DNA from: Cyclobacterium sp.
GTDB taxonomy: Bacteria > Bacteroidota > Bacteroidia > Cytophagales > Cyclobacteriaceae
NCBI RefSeq assembly: GCF_014762705.1
Contig: NZ_JABURL010000049.1
Location: forward strand, 621-64,620
Reading direction: 5' to 3'
Length of the DNA stretch: 64,000 bases
The first letter of the stretch is position 1; each line of letters begins with the position of its first letter. The notes under the pieces were generated by a model, which did not search any database, was not told the DNA's origin, and saw nothing but the letters and a program-made list of their open reading frames with translations. This document shows, in pieces, positions 63,598 through 64,000 of this stretch. Both the position numbers and the translations under genes were made by a program.

Positions 63598-63993
63598 TCA
63601 AAAACCTGTTTTAGGAACACCATTTCTACCTTCCCAGTCATCAATGAATGAGCCAATTTCCTGAAGAACAAAAGGCATAGATTTCTTAACATCGCTATCC
63701 AAAAATCTTAGAAAACATAAGCCCATTTTTTCCAAAATTAATTGTCTGCTTTGATCCTCAACGACAGATTCACCATCAAAATGGCTATCTCCATCAATCT
63801 CGATTACCAATTGCAATTTCCTGCAGTAGAAGTCTACAATATAATTTCCCAAAGGTTTTTGTCTATTAAAAGCATACCCTCGAAATTGACATGCCCGTAA
63901 TTATTGCCAAAGTAAAACTTCAGATAAGGTAGAATGAGCTCTTAATTCTCTTGAGAATTCTTTCAATTTCTTGTTGTAGGGAACAAAGTGCAT
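63598..63993 (-). pseudogene. DUF559 endonuclease gene interrupted by one in-frame TAA
   Basis: The minus-strand translation from the ATG at 63993 is MHFVPYNKKLKEFSRELRAHSTLSEVLLWQ*LRACQFRGYAFNRQKPLGNYIVDFYC.... The stop is codon 31 (63901-63903). The remainder continues in frame as track ORF 63598..63852. Confidence 0.75.
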
Positions 63994-64000
63994 GAATTAA

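Noticed and set aside
1-64000. Search for CRISPR arrays, rRNA or tRNA genes, integrases and transposases
   Set aside because: By eye I found no regularly spaced direct repeats, no cloverleaf-like or rRNA-like segments in the intergenic regions, and no ORF with recombinase or transposase motifs. A tRNAscan, Infernal or ISfinder run could still reveal something I missed.

Overview
This 64-kb window looks like a Bacteroidota chromosome, probably Cytophagales/Cyclobacteriaceae-like. Supporting signs are a T9SS-type C-terminal sorting tail on an S8 protease, a TAnnTTTG-type promoter motif, and a TPR / OM barrel / SPOR / ExbB-ExbD-TonB / folC neighbourhood. The taxon call is an inference only.

Positions 1 to ~45 kb are ordinary, densely packed housekeeping backbone: lhgO, holA, folC, trmB, rpe, gyrA, transporters, TPR proteins, a PVC-type haem protein and a LytS/LytTR two-component pair.

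Positions ~45 to 64 kb are a compositional mosaic of accessory DNA:
- a GC-rich metallophosphoesterase gene;
- a YefM antitoxin with an internally deleted YoeB toxin;
- a RES-Xre toxin-antitoxin pair;
- two directly repeated paralogous alpha/beta-hydrolase genses sharing a 647-bp perfectly identical core;
- two DUF559 (Vsr-like) endonuclease cassettes associated with G/C-rich hairpin repeats, one of them a pseudogene.

The two hydrolase copies bracket a ~7.7-kb AT-rich island. The island's main content is a translationally coupled five-gene minus-strand operon:
- an XRE helix-turn-helix protein;
- a cytoplasmic fusion of a MORC/MutL-type GHKL ATPase with a histidine-kinase core;
- a receiver-domain protein with an unrecognisable C-terminal domain;
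- a 250-aa orphan protein;
- an Eco57I-like N6-adenine DNA methyltransferase.

This operon is my best candidate for an undescribed defence or conflict system in which phosphorelay signalling is coupled to DNA methylation. I recognised no rRNA, tRNA, CRISPR array, integrase or transposase. All calls come from reading the supplied ORF translations and the sequence by eye; no database search was run.
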